From the IMG/VR virus record IMGVR_UViG_3300042691_042551, positions 8,691 through 72,690 of that record: a stretch of 64,000 bases of DNA, one strand, 5' to 3'. The notes under the pieces are model-generated. The model did not search any database, was not told the DNA's origin, and saw nothing but the letters and a program-made list of their open reading frames with translations. Both the position numbers and the translations under genes were made by a program. This document shows positions 39,060 through 48,459 of this stretch, piece by piece (position 1 is the first letter of the stretch; each line of letters begins with the position of its first letter). This DNA comes from a virus.

Positions 39060-41197
39060 AAGTAGCATTTGAACAAGTATTTAATGGCTCATTAGAGCAA
39101 GTTGCAATTGGTGGAAGCTATGATGCAACAAAAATTAATCGAGGAAAGCATACAGGACAATTTAATTTAGGCTCAGGTGCTATTGATAAATTTGTAGGCC
39201 CTGCTCCGTTAGGGGTTGGTAATTTAGCTGAAAGTTCTTTGGCTATACCGTCTTTATTTATCCACCCTATAAAAATTACAGATGATTTGTTTTGGGTATT
39301 CGGCTCGGACGGAGCTACAGCAGCAGCAACAAGAAGGGTTCAATTATGGACTTGGGTACCTTCAACAAATACCTATACTTTTATAGGTGCAATTACTTGT
39401 ACATTTCCAACAGCTACTAACCATACTGTAAGAGGTATTCGTGCTATTCTTGAAAATTACACTACAGGTACCGTAAGCGTTAGCGGAACGGGCGTAACAG
39501 GTTCAGGAACAAGTTGGAATACGGGTTTATCCGTAGGTTCACGCATTGGCTTTGGTTCAACAAATCCAAATAACATAACCACTTGGTATCAAATATCAGC
39601 TATTAACTCGGACACATCTATTACGTTAACCGGGTCAGCAGGTACAATTTCAGCCGGTACACCGTACGTTATACAAGATTTAATGATTATACAAGCAACT
39701 ACCAATGCAACAGCAACTAACGGTGGTTTATTTATCACTAAAGGACTTCAATATGCCGATTTTACAAACCCGGCTACGGCTATTCCCGCAGCTACAACTG
39801 TTGATAAAATCAAAGCAACTTATTGGTTACGTGATGCCGCAACAATAACTAATACCGTAATTGGTGGTTGTGCAATAGGGGATAGAGATTCTTGGACACA
39901 ACAATACGTGTATGCAGGAAACGGGGCCGCAACTTCGTTAGTACTATACCGATATAATATACGCGCAGCATTAACTCCAACAGCCGGTGGTTTTACTTTA
40001 ACCGGTACTGATATAGTAATTACGGGTGCTCAAACCGTAACTGGTAACATATCTCAAGCAAATAATGGAAGAGTAGCAACATTACAACACGGAGCAGGTA
40101 GTGGAGTTTCTTCTTTGTATATGTTTACCGCATCGCGTATATTAAGAATACCATTGTCAAGTATAATAAATGGAAGTACAACTTTTGTGGCTGATTCAAT
40201 GTCTGAAGTACCCCCAGGAAGTGCAAACACTAACTTAGCCACTACAACATTTACCTCTTTAGACATCGCAGGTTCTTTAGATAAATTGGTCATAACGGGT
40301 ACTGCATCTAACGCACCGTCTTTGTACATTACTGACTACTATACCGGTGGTCAACAAATAGATAGACGGGCTGGTTCAAGTACATCGCAATTGGTGTCTT
40401 CACTTCGAGACACTGATTCCCCAGTATTTGTTCACTACGTTGCAACGAATACTCCTTTTGTATGGGTTGAGGATGGTTGGTTATTTTGGCTTTATGCCCA
40501 GGCTACAACCACAACTTTAAATGCTTTTACTGCATACCCTTTAGCAGCCGATTTAGATTTTCAGGCTGATGTTAACAACCGAATAATTTTACCAAAAATA
40601 ACTTTGGGCGCAACACCGGCTAAATTATATCGAGTATGCACAACAAGCGTTGGTAACATAGGTGATCATACAATGGGTGTATCGCCCGATATGTACAAAT
40701 TACAAGCTCGTACTTCAGGAATAGATGATAATACAGGTTCTTGGACTGATGTAGCTGAAAATGGAGATTTATCAGGATTAGGTACACCATCAACAATTCA
40801 ATTTGCCCTACAATTTAGAACAGCCGGAATAATGATGTTACCGGCTCGTGTATTGAGTTTGGCATTGATATATGAAACTGATGATGCTTTACCTTCACAA
40901 TACCGTTGGAATTATGCAGACTTTAATACCTCAAATGGAACATTTGCTTGGGTACAGTCTACTTTATTTGGAGCTACTCCCGGAGTCCACACAATCAATA
41001 TTTACAGAGCTGATACAAATGCGCTTGTACTAACACAAGCAAGTAGTGGAACTACTAATGGTACTTTTGAAAATTGGAATGGAACTGCTTGGGTTTCCGG
41101 TATAGGTGCAGATACAGTTGGTCGCAGAAGAAGGTTTGTGCCATCGGGTTCATTACCAGGCTCCGTTGATTTGTACGCTAAAATAACTGTTGCTTAA
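39056..41197 (+). CDS. Tail spike/receptor-binding structural protein
   Basis: 713 aa, T/G/A-rich beta protein; GTVSVSGTGVTGSGTSW...YQISAINSDTSITL fibre-type module. Confidence 0.6.
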   Translation: MKVAFEQVFNGSLEQVAIGGSYDATKINRGKHTGQFNLGSGAIDKFVGPAPLGVGNLAESSLAIPSLFIHPIKITDDLFWVFGSDGATAAATRRVQLWTWVPSTNTYTFIGAITCTFPTATNHTVRGIRAILENYTTGTVSVSGTGVTGSGTSWNTGLSVGSRIGFGSTNPNNITTWYQISAINSDTSITLTGSAGTISAGTPYVIQDLMIIQATTNATATNGGLFITKGLQYADFTNPATAIPAATTVDKIKATYWLRDAATITNTVIGGCAIGDRDSWTQQYVYAGNGAATSLVLYRYNIRAALTPTAGGFTLTGTDIVITGAQTVTGNISQANNGRVATLQHGAGSGVSSLYMFTASRILRIPLSSIINGSTTFVADSMSEVPPGSANTNLATTTFTSLDIAGSLDKLVITGTASNAPSLYITDYYTGGQQIDRRAGSSTSQLVSSLRDTDSPVFVHYVATNTPFVWVEDGWLFWLYAQATTTTLNAFTAYPLAADLDFQADVNNRIILPKITLGATPAKLYRVCTTSVGNIGDHTMGVSPDMYKLQARTSGIDDNTGSWTDVAENGDLSGLGTPSTIQFALQFRTAGIMMLPARVLSLALIYETDDALPSQYRWNYADFNTSNGTFAWVQSTLFGATPGVHTINIYRADTNALVLTQASSGTTNGTFENWNGTAWVSGIGADTVGRRRRFVPSGSLPGSVDLYAKITVA

Positions 41198-41493
41198 TGA
41201 GTTATCAACTAACTTTTGGAAGTAATGAAACTATTCTTATAAGGGATAAGGGTACTGCTAATTCAGTATTAAACTTTGTTAATAGCGAAAATACCGTAGG
41301 AAAAAACGTGACAGCTTTACCTACAGTATTTCTTTTTCAATTATTAAACTATATTCAGTTTCCATTAGGGGTAAGTTCAATAGTTTGGCTTAAAGTATCA
41401 GGAGTTTGGAAACAAGGTATTGTTTGGATAAAGCAAGGTGGTGTATGGAAACAAGGCACAACTTACATAAAAGAATCTGGGCAATGGAAATAA
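41197..41493 (+). CDS. Small fibre-associated protein with K.SG.WK repeats
   Basis: WLKVSGVWKQ / WIKQGGVWKQ / YIKESGQWK. Confidence 0.6.
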   Translation: MSYQLTFGSNETILIRDKGTANSVLNFVNSENTVGKNVTALPTVFLFQLLNYIQFPLGVSSIVWLKVSGVWKQGIVWIKQGGVWKQGTTYIKESGQWK

Positions 41494-41505
41494 ATACAAT
41501 TTTAT

Positions 41506-41513
41506 TATTTTTG
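41506..41513 (+). promoter_or_regulatory. TAnnTTTG -7 box (TATTTTTG) heading the lysis region
   Basis: Same 15-mer as 2379-2393; 4 nt before ATG 41518. Confidence 0.6.
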
Positions 41514-41517
41514 AACT

Positions 41518-41811
41518 ATGCTAGTAATAACCGGAACAATTAAAAACCCCAATTTGCCAAATATGGAAGTTAAAAATCCACATTTGAGAATCACTCCAAT
41601 ATTTTTACCGTTTGGGAAATTAAAAGTGGATGTTCAAGCGTTTATTGGCAAAAACATTCTGTTTAGCTATAGCAAAGACATTGATGCAAATAGCCTACAA
41701 TACCTAAAGTCTGAGGCTAATTTGTACACAGCAGTAATTAAATCAATCGAAAACCTGTTAATTTTGGAACTTCAAAACAATAATCCATCAATAACAATTA
41801 CTCAATTATGA
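41518..41811 (+). CDS. Hypothetical protein
   Basis: ORF with an upstream promoter box, coupled to the next gene. Confidence 0.55.
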   Translation: MLVITGTIKNPNLPNMEVKNPHLRITPIFLPFGKLKVDVQAFIGKNILFSYSKDIDANSLQYLKSEANLYTAVIKSIENLLILELQNNNPSITITQL

Positions 41812-42149
41812 AGATCAATTTACTACAACCAATCTTAGATTTTGAAGGTGTCCAATATGTTGAACCTGTATATGATATGGTCGATGATAAACCAATCAAA
41901 GTTCGAGAGGTAAGGCTGGACCTAAAAACAATAATCATGCGCGGCTTAAACCATCTTCCAAAGGATAAGGAAATTAGCCCGGAAACAATTTATGATCGCG
42001 GAAAGTTAATATCAAAGGTTCGTTCTAATGATGAAGTAGATTTATCTGCAAAACAAATTGAGGAAATTAAAAAATGCGTTGCTAAAATAACCAGTCCGTT
42101 TGTAACCTTTCAGGTTTGGGAAATGCTAGACAAAGAACCTAATGACTGA
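41808..42149 (+). CDS. Hypothetical phage protein
   Basis: 113-aa ORF coupled to both neighbours. Confidence 0.6.
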   Translation: MKINLLQPILDFEGVQYVEPVYDMVDDKPIKVREVRLDLKTIIMRGLNHLPKDKEISPETIYDRGKLISKVRSNDEVDLSAKQIEEIKKCVAKITSPFVTFQVWEMLDKEPND

Positions 42150-42793
42150 TGGAAACCGGAATTTTTGAAATAGTAGAAAAACTCGCTATCGGAGCTGCTG
42201 CATTTATCTACTTTTTAGATAGAATATTTCGTAGTCTTAAAGACAAAAAACAATCAAAAGCTATTGGTGAAATTCAAAAGTCAATAGTAAAGCCTGAGAA
42301 GTCTATTTGCCAAACGTCCGAACAAGTAATTGCTATTGATAGGATATGCAATGAAATAGTAGGTTATTTTTCTGACAGGCCGATTGCTTCAGTTTTGTTA
42401 TGGCAATTCAACAATGGTAGTTATTCCGGTGCTAACTTTTCTTACAAGTTTGCATCTTGCGTTGGTGAAGCTGTTTCACCAGGAAGGGAAAGAACTAGAA
42501 AACATTTGCAAAATCGGCCAATGTATGACTATTCGATTCTTTTGGTTGATATTAAAAATACTGAAGAAAAACAGTTATTTTACAATTACAATAGTTATCC
42601 ATCTAGCATTATTTCAACAGAAATGCATACTCGCGGCATATTTAGCTGCATTGAAACTGCACTGTCTGATAATTTAGACAAGGGTTTGCTATCTGTATCT
42701 TTTTATACTGAATGCGATATTTATTCGGATGATTTTGAATATTTGAAAATTTGTGCTTCTCGTATTTATAGCATACTTTCGAATAATATTTAA
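42149..42793 (+). CDS. Single-TM holin/antiholin-like protein with soluble C-terminal domain
   Basis: N-terminal TM (LAIGAAAFIYFL), basic patch, globular GAF-like domain (inferred); in the lysis cassette. Confidence 0.45.
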   Translation: METGIFEIVEKLAIGAAAFIYFLDRIFRSLKDKKQSKAIGEIQKSIVKPEKSICQTSEQVIAIDRICNEIVGYFSDRPIASVLLWQFNNGSYSGANFSYKFASCVGEAVSPGRERTRKHLQNRPMYDYSILLVDIKNTEEKQLFYNYNSYPSSIISTEMHTRGIFSCIETALSDNLDKGLLSVSFYTECDIYSDDFEYLKICASRIYSILSNNI

Positions 42794-42799
42794 TGTATT

Positions 42800-43102
42800 A
42801 TGGATTCAATAGAAACAATTTTTAATCAGGTATTGATGTATCTTGATGTTCCTTACTGTTTAGTTGTAGTTCTTTTGTCTTATGCTTTAAGAAATGTTTT
42901 GGCATCTATGCTGGAGTATTTTCGTTTTCCGGAAAAGCATTCAAGGACTTTTGCCGTTTTAATCCTAGCAACTGTAATTGCTCTAATTTGGCACTTTTTT
43001 ATTGGTTCAGACCTAGTAAAACTGTTTGTTTCTTATTCGGCCACTACTACTCTTTACGAACTATTTTTAAAACACATATCAAAGGATTTAATATATGGCT
43101 AA
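42800..43102 (+). CDS. Holin
   Basis: 100 aa with 2-3 TM helices; directly upstream of the endolysin. Confidence 0.7.
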   Translation: MDSIETIFNQVLMYLDVPYCLVVVLLSYALRNVLASMLEYFRFPEKHSRTFAVLILATVIALIWHFFIGSDLVKLFVSYSATTTLYELFLKHISKDLIYG

Positions 43103-43649
43103 TGGCATTAAAGAAATCTACCTGATAGCAGGTCACTCAAACGGTGATCCCGGAGCTATTGGAGTGAAAAAAACCAAAGAAGCAGACTTAACTAAAGAAC
43201 TTCGCGATTTAGTGGCCCAGCGACTAAAACTTAAAAACGTACCGGTGGTAACAGACGATGATCGGCTGTCGCTTTCTCAGGTATTGAGTTCGATAAAAAG
43301 CACTGAACAGGATATTGTATGTGATATTCATTTTAATGCTAGTGAAAACCCTAAGGCTAACGGTGTTGAAGTTTTGATACCCGGCCGGCACACAACCAAA
43401 GAAAGAACTGGGGCCCTTAGAATACTTACAGGTATTACTGCAGCAACCGGCTTGCGTTCAAGGGGTGTAATTACCGAATTGCAATCTCACCGTGGTTCAT
43501 TAGGGGTAATGCGAGAGTCAGGTTCAAACTTTTTGATTGAGGTATGTTTTATATCCAACCAAAATGATTTTGAGGTTTACCACCAAAAAAAGACTGCTGT
43601 TGCCGATAGCATTGCTGATTCTCTTTTACAAATCTACAATGAGCTATGA
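43095..43649 (+). CDS. Endolysin, N-acetylmuramoyl-L-alanine amidase (Amidase_3)
   Basis: AGH..GDPGA...E, DIHFNA and IEVCFISN zinc/catalytic motifs. Confidence 0.92.
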   Translation: MANGIKEIYLIAGHSNGDPGAIGVKKTKEADLTKELRDLVAQRLKLKNVPVVTDDDRLSLSQVLSSIKSTEQDIVCDIHFNASENPKANGVEVLIPGRHTTKERTGALRILTGITAATGLRSRGVITELQSHRGSLGVMRESGSNFLIEVCFISNQNDFEVYHQKKTAVADSIADSLLQIYNEL

Positions 43650-43999
43650 GCCAGCTACACAAACTAATTATTTTTGTTGTTATTGCGTCTATTGTTCTTT
43701 TTCTTCTATTTTGGGTTAATGATCCACCTAAAGAAGAAACCGAAATAAACCTTGGAGAATACCATATTGCTCTACTAATGGCCCAGAAATACAAAGAACA
43801 GGCCGATTCATTTCAAAACTTATATTTAACTACAGATTATGGAAAAGATTCTATTGTTTACAGGACTAAAAAAATATTCATTAATTCTCAGTATTTGCCT
43901 GCTGATTCCAGCGTTAAGTTACTCGCAGAAATTTTTGCCGAAGTTGACAGTATTAGGGAAAGATACCAAAGCGATAGCGCTTTCGGTTCACGATGGTAA
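43646..43999 (+). CDS. Putative spanin-like protein (N-terminal TM)
   Basis: N-terminal TM LIIFVVIASIVLFLLFW; follows the endolysin. Confidence 0.5.
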   Translation: MSQLHKLIIFVVIASIVLFLLFWVNDPPKEETEINLGEYHIALLMAQKYKEQADSFQNLYLTTDYGKDSIVYRTKKIFINSQYLPADSSVKLLAEIFAEVDSIRERYQSDSAFGSRW

Positions 44000-44276
44000 C
44001 AATGTTATCGGACTTCATTCTCTATACACTGGTTTAAAAATGTATTCTGATAGCCTAGAAAAGCAATACTTAAACTGCCGGCTTGAGTCTACATCATTAA
44101 GGCTTTCATTAAACTTTTGCGATACAGCCAGACAAGAAGCTTTTGAATACTTTTCGCGCTGCAAAGAAGTAAATCAAAAGTTAAACACTGAAAATCATAA
44201 ACTTAAAAAAACTAACGTAATTTTGAAGTATATTCTTGGTGGAAGTTTACTACTTAATTTTATATTTGTATTGTAA
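43839..44276 (+). CDS. Putative spanin-like protein (signal peptide, coiled coil, C-terminal TM)
   Basis: Overlaps the previous gene by 161 nt in another frame; hydrophobic at both termini. Confidence 0.5.
   Translation: MEKILLFTGLKKYSLILSICLLIPALSYSQKFLPKLTVLGKDTKAIALSVHDGNNVIGLHSLYTGLKMYSDSLEKQYLNCRLESTSLRLSLNFCDTARQEAFEYFSRCKEVNQKLNTENHKLKKTNVILKYILGGSLLLNFIFVL
44261..44268 (+). promoter_or_regulatory. TAnnTTTG -7 box (TATATTTG) upstream of the Tad2-like gene
   Basis: Consensus match 23 nt before ATG 44292. Confidence 0.45.
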
Positions 44277-44291
44277 AAATACAAGTATATT

Positions 44292-44585
44292 ATGAAATTA
44301 TCTGAATTAACAACTAACCTTTTAGAAGAAAACAAAGTAATCCGCAGATCAAATCATGATTGGATTCAAAACGATAAATTTGTTTTTCCGGGCAGATTAA
44401 GAGAAATATTATTGGCTCCTGAAGTCATTCAGATATGTCAAAACAAAAAAGCACTGATATACTCAAAAGAAGTAACCTTGTTCATCAATGAAAATGGAAA
44501 AATCCGCGTGTGGCAACCTACACAATACGATATAGTAGCAAATGATTGGGAATACGTCCATACAGGTGAATCAGCGTTGGGTTAA
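44292..44585 (+). CDS. DUF2829/Tad2-like anti-defence protein
   Basis: N-terminal L..NKVIRR..W and C-terminal WQPTQYDIVANDWEYV match the family W.P(S/T)Q.D..A.DW motif. Confidence 0.72.
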   Translation: MKLSELTTNLLEENKVIRRSNHDWIQNDKFVFPGRLREILLAPEVIQICQNKKALIYSKEVTLFINENGKIRVWQPTQYDIVANDWEYVHTGESALG

Positions 44586-44757
44586 TGTGCACGATAATAT
44601 CATTCGCGAAATCACTTATATTTACGAATCTGCTAACAAAAAAGAAGTTTTAATTAAAATGGTTAGGTTATCAGATAAAAATGTTGCAACTTTGAAGCTG
44701 TCCCAGTTTGAAGACATGGTAAAGCTTGGTTGTTTTACTCTTTACACTGGTGGATAG
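44566..44757 (+). CDS. Hypothetical small protein
   Basis: Open frame with a likely GTG start; overlaps the primase 3' end convergently. Confidence 0.35.
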   Translation: MNQRWVNVHDNIIREITYIYESANKKEVLIKMVRLSDKNVATLKLSQFEDMVKLGCFTLYTGG

Positions 44758-45797
44758 TGTCGAAAAGGCGGCTTAACGGCCGCTTTTTTTTTGATCACCG
44801 GTTCAATTTTAGCAAATCGCCATCCAGACTTAGTAGGACCAAATTCATAAACAATAGTAGACTGTATCTGCATTAAACGCCACATTGGGCCAAAATTTGG
44901 TTTAGGTGGCAACTGGCATTTTTTTATGAAGGTATACACTTCATCTTTAGTCCATTCTTTGTCAGCACAATCCCAGCCTTTGGGCAAGCTTTTAGTAATC
45001 GGTATAATCATTATTTTACGCTCAATAATGTGCTGTATGTGCAGCATTGCATTAAGCCCTTGTACATCGTTATCCGGCCACTGAAGAATTGACCTATCTT
45101 TTATTGGCGACCAGTCAGTATTATGCACAGCATTGGTGCCACCGATCCATGTTGTTACTACTAACTTTTCTGAACCAATTATTTTCTGAAGGTGATCAGC
45201 GCATTTTTCGCCTTCTACAATGATAATTTTGGCTTCTTTGTACTTTTCTATTAAGTCAAGGTTATATAACGGCCTAGGCAAAGAAAACCCCATAAAACGC
45301 CATTCTTGTTTATTTCCATTGGTTGCATATACGTAGGGCATTATTTCTTTTCCTTCTGGAGTATCAAACCGGCATATATACCCGTAGCTTTTTCCTTCTT
45401 TGGTTTTATACACCCAAACTTTTGATGGTTTACCATACATGTAATGATTAATTGACTTTACCGGAGATGGTGGAACACACTGTATCCAGTCAGGAGTCTT
45501 TTTTTCGATTACTTTTTTTTCAAATTTAGGTCCGCTTATGTTATTGCCGGTTATTTCTCTGCAGGCATCAACAAAAGAACTGTTTGTATAGTCCATCACA
45601 AACTTGATGGTATCTCCACCCCATCCGCATGCAAAGCACTTGGCTATGTGCTTGGTTGAATTAATCTTCAATGACGGTTTAGTATCAGAGTGGAATGGAC
45701 AGATAGATTGGTATTGAGATCCTTTTTTGCGTACATCTAGATATCGGCCAATTACCTGCTCAATTGGATATGAAGATAAAATTTGCTTAGCATCCAT
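44742..45797 (-). CDS. DNA primase (CHC2 zinc finger + TOPRIM)
   Basis: CPFHSDTKPS...CFAC; VEGEKCAD; WPDND. Confidence 0.88.
   Translation of the reverse strand: MDAKQILSSYPIEQVIGRYLDVRKKGSQYQSICPFHSDTKPSLKINSTKHIAKCFACGWGGDTIKFVMDYTNSSFVDACREITGNNISGPKFEKKVIEKKTPDWIQCVPPSPVKSINHYMYGKPSKVWVYKTKEGKSYGYICRFDTPEGKEIMPYVYATNGNKQEWRFMGFSLPRPLYNLDLIEKYKEAKIIIVEGEKCADHLQKIIGSEKLVVTTWIGGTNAVHNTDWSPIKDRSILQWPDNDVQGLNAMLHIQHIIERKIMIIPITKSLPKGWDCADKEWTKDEVYTFIKKCQLPPKPNFGPMWRLMQIQSTIVYEFGPTKSGWRFAKIEPVIKKKAAVKPPFRHYPPV
44763..44792 (+). terminator. Terminator for the late (+) transcript, inside the primase CDS
   Basis: GCGGC-TTAACG-GCCGC followed by T9. Confidence 0.7.
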
Positions 45798-45829
45798 TGA
45801 TTTTTTAAATTTATATCTACATTTGCAAT

Positions 45830-45901
45830 TATCCGTTGCGTTAGGCAGCTAGTTTTTTCATCTTGATTTTACCCCTAGGCTAATAACCTGGGGGTTTTTT
45901 T
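45830..45901 (+). ncRNA. Candidate ~70-nt small RNA antisense to the primase leader
   Basis: + strand TACATTTG box (45818-45825) followed by a + strand terminator hairpin (45871-45901), between two - strand genes. Confidence 0.4.
45871..45901 (+). terminator. Rho-independent terminator (+)
   Basis: ACCCCTAGG-7 nt loop-CCTGGGGGT then T run. Confidence 0.7.
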
Positions 45902-46277
45902 ATACCTTTTCCCATTTATTTGTCTTTATGTTAAGCGTATATCGGTCAATAGTGTTTTCGTTAATCTTAACCTCGATATTGTAAAAATCAATACGATAAA
46001 CGACAATGAAAAAGTTGTTTTCACCAATAGCGCCCATGTTAAACAACAGTTCTTCAGTATCTATTACTTTGCCTTGAAATGGCATTTCTTCGGGAAATAA
46101 ACCAAAGAAGTTTGTTTTTTGCATTGGAAAAAGCGTTTCTACACCGACAAATACAGGCGCTCGACTTACCATTTTGGCTAAAAAATCAGGAACCTCGTTT
46201 TCTTTTACAATGTAGCATTCGATTGTAGTTTCGGATGATTCATCTACGAGAACTACTTGTTTTGTGAAGTTATTCAT
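45900..46277 (-). CDS. Hypothetical protein
   Basis: ORF starting 1 nt after the helicase stop. Confidence 0.6.
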   Translation of the reverse strand: MNNFTKQVVLVDESSETTIECYIVKENEVPDFLAKMVSRAPVFVGVETLFPMQKTNFFGLFPEEMPFQGKVIDTEELLFNMGAIGENNFFIVVYRIDFYNIEVKINENTIDRYTLNIKTNKWEKV

Positions 46278-46278
46278 G

Positions 46279-48459
46279 TTATTCAAATTTAAAATCTTCT
46301 TCTATTGGGGTTTCATCTGTTATATCTGATGAAGTTTTAAGGAATATATCTACTCCAAACTGTTGATGCATTAACTCAGCAAATATGTTTACGTTTCGTT
46401 TTGCGTAATCTTCAGAACCAGTTGCAGCGTTTGACATGTTTCTTTTGCTTTCTATCAACTCAAATATCTTTTCATCAATAGTTTCGGGAGCTATAAAGTA
46501 ATACGCGTTTACCGTGCTTAATTGGCCGTTTCTATGCGCTCTGTCCTCAGCTTGATCATGTTGCGCAGCGGTCCAGTCTAGCTCTGCAAATACAACATTG
46601 GAACATACGTCTTGAAGTCCATCAATACCAGTTGAGGCAGCTCTAATTGATAAGATGATATTCATTTCATTTTGCTGCTGTTGGAATCGCTCAATCATGG
46701 TTTGCCGCATTTTAGTTTCTGTTTCACCAGTTATTTTTAGAGAACAGTCTAGTTTTTTAGACAGTTCATCAATTATTGCTCGGTGGTGAGCAAAGATGAT
46801 AACCTTTTCCCCGTTTTCGTTCATGTTTTTTACAAACTCAATCATACCTTCTATTCTTCCTGTAGCAGCAATCTTCTTTAAGTGATTGATTTTTGTAATA
46901 AATTCAGCTCTCAATATTTTTCTAGCTTGCTCGGCCGTCATTTTAAGCTTTTCATTAAGATAGTCTACAAACTGCTTATTGGCCATATTATAGAGCTCGC
47001 GATTTTCGATGTCAATATTGATGATTTGCCGTATTTTCTCAGGCAATTCTTTTTGAACGTCAATCTTCATTCTTCTAACCATGCATGTTGATCTTAACTT
47101 CATCTGCAATTCATCCAGATTTTTACCCGTGTTTTTAGGGCCAACGTACCGACTTAAGAACTTTGGCTTTGTTTCTGCTTTTAAGTACCCTAAAACGTAT
47201 AGCTGAGGTATTAATTCTGCTGGCTGGTTTATCACTGGCGTTCCCGTCAACAAATAGCGGTATTCTTTATTTTCAGATAGCTCTTTTACTATTTTGTACC
47301 GTTGAGTTTTTTCGTCTTTAATGTAATGGCTTTCATCCACTATTATTGACTTAAACATGTGTTTTGCTTTCAACATCTTTTTGGCGTTGTTGTACGAGCA
47401 AATGATTACATCAGCTTTGTTGGAGTACTCACCATATACGCTAGCGGTAATGTGTGTAAACTTTGTCCATTCTTTCTTCCAGTTATAAACCACTGATTTT
47501 GGACATATAACTATGCAAGGAAAAGCGTTTTCATGTAGCACACAAGCAATGGCTTGAACTGTTTTACCCAAACCCATTTCATCGGCAAACAATACCCTTT
47601 TTTTGGTAGTTCCATACTTTATGCCGGCTTTTTGATACGGATATGGCTCCAACTTCATATTTTCAATTTGAAACTCTTCACCGGCTTGTAGTGAGGCAAT
47701 AACCGATTCTCTGTCACCGTACCATTGATACATTAAGTCTGAATGCAAGGTTATGTCGTGTTGCATTACAAACTCTTTTACTTTATTTTCTAAAGCTTTT
47801 GCTTGCCCTTCGTGGCCCATTATTGTAGGATTAACATACCATAGTTTATTGGTTGCATCCCATCCGGTTTCCATGGATATAGCCTTAAAAGTTTCTTTAA
47901 ATGCGTCTTTTAGGTTAAATGGTATTATGAAATAAAAGATTGAATATTCTACGTCACCTCTAGTCATAGTAGATTCTTTCCATACCTGTTTTTCTATGCC
48001 TTTCATTCTTAGCCGTACTATCTCTTCGTTTCTGTTTAACTCCTTATGGCCTATTACAATATCAATAGTGGATGTTTTATCGGCTTTTTCTGAGTACCAT
48101 TCTTCAAGCGAGTATCGCTTTATTTTTTTGAAATAGTCTTTTACAGCTTTTGCAAGGTTGCTCAACTCTTCCGGCTTTACTTTATCGTCATAGTTTGGCT
48201 CAAGGCCTGTAAGAAAAGAATTAACTTCTTGAACTTCTTTGTACTGTATTCCGCTTACTAGCTCTACTCTTGCAATATTGAAGCCTTTTTTTCTTTTACT
48301 GGCATATATTAGCTGTTCAATAGTTGATTCCGATATCATATTGCCATGAGGTCGGAGTATGCTTTCAACGTATAGCAAATCTCTTATTGGTTCTTGATAC
48401 TCTTTGTCTAGTTTATCAATTAAAACTTCAATATTTTCGTTAATTCTTACTCGATTCAT
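46279..48459 (-). CDS. SNF2-family (HARP/SMARCAL1-like) helicase
   Basis: ADEMGLGKT, VDESH, LLTGTP and QAEDRAHRNGQ motifs. Confidence 0.92.
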   Translation of the reverse strand: MNRVRINENIEVLIDKLDKEYQEPIRDLLYVESILRPHGNMISESTIEQLIYASKRKKGFNIARVELVSGIQYKEVQEVNSFLTGLEPNYDDKVKPEELSNLAKAVKDYFKKIKRYSLEEWYSEKADKTSTIDIVIGHKELNRNEEIVRLRMKGIEKQVWKESTMTRGDVEYSIFYFIIPFNLKDAFKETFKAISMETGWDATNKLWYVNPTIMGHEGQAKALENKVKEFVMQHDITLHSDLMYQWYGDRESVIASLQAGEEFQIENMKLEPYPYQKAGIKYGTTKKRVLFADEMGLGKTVQAIACVLHENAFPCIVICPKSVVYNWKKEWTKFTHITASVYGEYSNKADVIICSYNNAKKMLKAKHMFKSIIVDESHYIKDEKTQRYKIVKELSENKEYRYLLTGTPVINQPAELIPQLYVLGYLKAETKPKFLSRYVGPKNTGKNLDELQMKLRSTCMVRRMKIDVQKELPEKIRQIINIDIENRELYNMANKQFVDYLNEKLKMTAEQARKILRAEFITKINHLKKIAATGRIEGMIEFVKNMNENGEKVIIFAHHRAIIDELSKKLDCSLKITGETETKMRQTMIERFQQQQNEMNIILSIRAASTGIDGLQDVCSNVVFAELDWTAAQHDQAEDRAHRNGQLSTVNAYYFIAPETIDEKIFELIESKRNMSNAATGSEDYAKRNVNIFAELMHQQFGVDIFLKTSSDITDETPIEEDFKFE

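Noticed and set aside
337-40329. Many short antisense or nested ORFs in the ORF track
   Set aside because: They are shadows of long genes with no independent motifs or start signals
34804-41493. Diversity-generating retroelement or invertible fibre cassette
   Set aside because: No reverse transcriptase, recombinase or adenine-specific TR/VR repeat pair seen
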